Part shown: positions 63,341-64,000 of the stretch, piece after piece
Layout of the letters: each line of letters opens with the position of its first letter
Position numbering within the stretch: the first letter of the stretch is position 1
Source: an uncultured Chloroflexia bacterium
Lineage (GTDB): Bacteria; Chloroflexota; Anaerolineae; Anaerolineales; Villigracilaceae
Assembly (NCBI GenBank): GCA_963829485.1
Contig: CAWHIK010000007.1
Span: 135,753-199,752, forward strand
Direction: 5' to 3'
DNA: 64,000 nt
Notes under the pieces: generated by a model
Told to the model about the DNA's origin: nothing
Database searches by the model: none
The model's input: only the letters and a program-made list of their open reading frames with translations
Translations under genes and position numbers: made by a program

Positions 63341-64000
63341 TCATGAAGGGAGCGATGCTTTTTCACTCTCCGCCTGTTCGATCAGCCCCCGGCGGATCTT
63401 GCGGTAGGTGATGATCGGTCCGTCACCCTGGATCAATTTCTCGCCGATGTTCAGGTCGGAGCGCTTGGGCTGCTGGGTGATGACCACAACCTTGTCCTGG
63501 CGCTCGATATACAGGTTGCTCAGGCTGCCGAAGAAGTTGACGATATTCCTGATCACGGGAGTGCGCATCTTGTGATAGAAGCGCAAGTACATAAGCGTAT
63601 TCTCATCATCGATGGGTGCAAAGGCGATCATCACGCGCACATCATTGCTGATCCAGTTATGCCAGACATTGGGAAAGCGGAACTGCAGGGACGAGTGGCG
63701 GTCCGGTTCGGTTATCTGGGAGGCTTTGAGCAGCGTCTGCCCGTTATCCGTTTCGTTAAAGACCCAGATATCCAGCAGGTTATCCCCCGGGTAGCGGGCT
63801 TCGGCCCGGCACAGCGGTCCATTCACCACAGTTTTGTTCCCGCGCCCGATGGTGTTGTAATGCACGAACGGGACATGAACCACATCCAGTTGGTTTTCGA
63901 TCGCGCGCGAGTAATGAGTAGCCCAATGATCGCGCAGGCTGCCGAAAACCATATCCTCGCCGATACTCTCGAAGAAGGGCAGTTCCGGGTAGGACTCGCG
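63341..64000 (-). CDS. Rieske-type non-heme iron oxygenase, catalytic (C-terminal) part; the 5' end lies beyond the window
   Basis: ENQLDVVHVPFVH matches the E/D-x3-D-x2-H-x4-H iron motif. The frame stays open upstream of Met 63952 to the window edge. Confidence 0.75.
   Translation of the reverse strand, partial: RESYPELPFFESIGEDMVFGSLRDHWATHYSRAIENQLDVVHVPFVHYNTIGRGNKTVVNGPLCRAEARYPGDNLLDIWVFNETDNGQTLLKASQITEPDRHSSLQFRFPNVWHNWISNDVRVMIAFAPIDDENTLMYLRFYHKMRTPVIRNIVNFFGSLSNLYIERQDKVVVITQQPKRSDLNIGEKLIQGDGPIITYRKIRRGLIEQAESEKASLPS

Overview
This is a 64-kb high-GC bacterial chromosomal segment with several visibly AT-richer islands. The gene style points to a Chloroflexota/Anaerolineae-like organism, but that is inference only. 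The clues are monoderm-type lipoproteins and membrane-anchored proteins with Pro/Thr-rich linkers, and a CIRCE-controlled groES-groEL. I count about 60 protein genes. I found no rRNA, tRNA, CRISPR array, transposase or integrase.

Housekeeping genes: PBP1A, a MaoC dehydratase, ilvE, a parvulin PPIase, groES/groEL, trmD, azlCD and a potDBCA-like ABC importer.

Unusual content:
- An amide/amine catabolic island at 31.3-43.3 kb. Its three operons each carry the same 29-bp palindrome plus -10 module. One copy has a compensatory arm substitution, and another is part of a 117-bp promoter/5'-CDS duplication.
- A run at 44.4-49.7 kb of ICMT-family methyltransferase, prenyltransferase-fold toroid protein, HExxH protease and orphan peptide-binding protein.
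- A Vps62-like/coiled-coil/4-TM protein translationally coupled to a small membrane protein.
- Two tandem PII-like c-di-AMP receptor paralogs inside a glycosidase/beta-propeller operon.
- Tandem ArsR-DUF2087 regulators with a perfect 16-bp operator-like palindrome.
- Two toxin-antitoxin pairs (AbiEii-type and HigBA).
- A non-pyrrolysine MttB homolog.
- A same-strand array of AT-richer accessory genes at 58.9-63.3 kb, punctuated by a modular hairpin plus CATAAT repeat.

At least nine genes have reading frames broken by apparent single-nt indels, often at short homopolymers. This suggests assembly indel errors rather than biology and needs read-level checking.

All functional calls come from motif and family recognition by eye; no database search was run.
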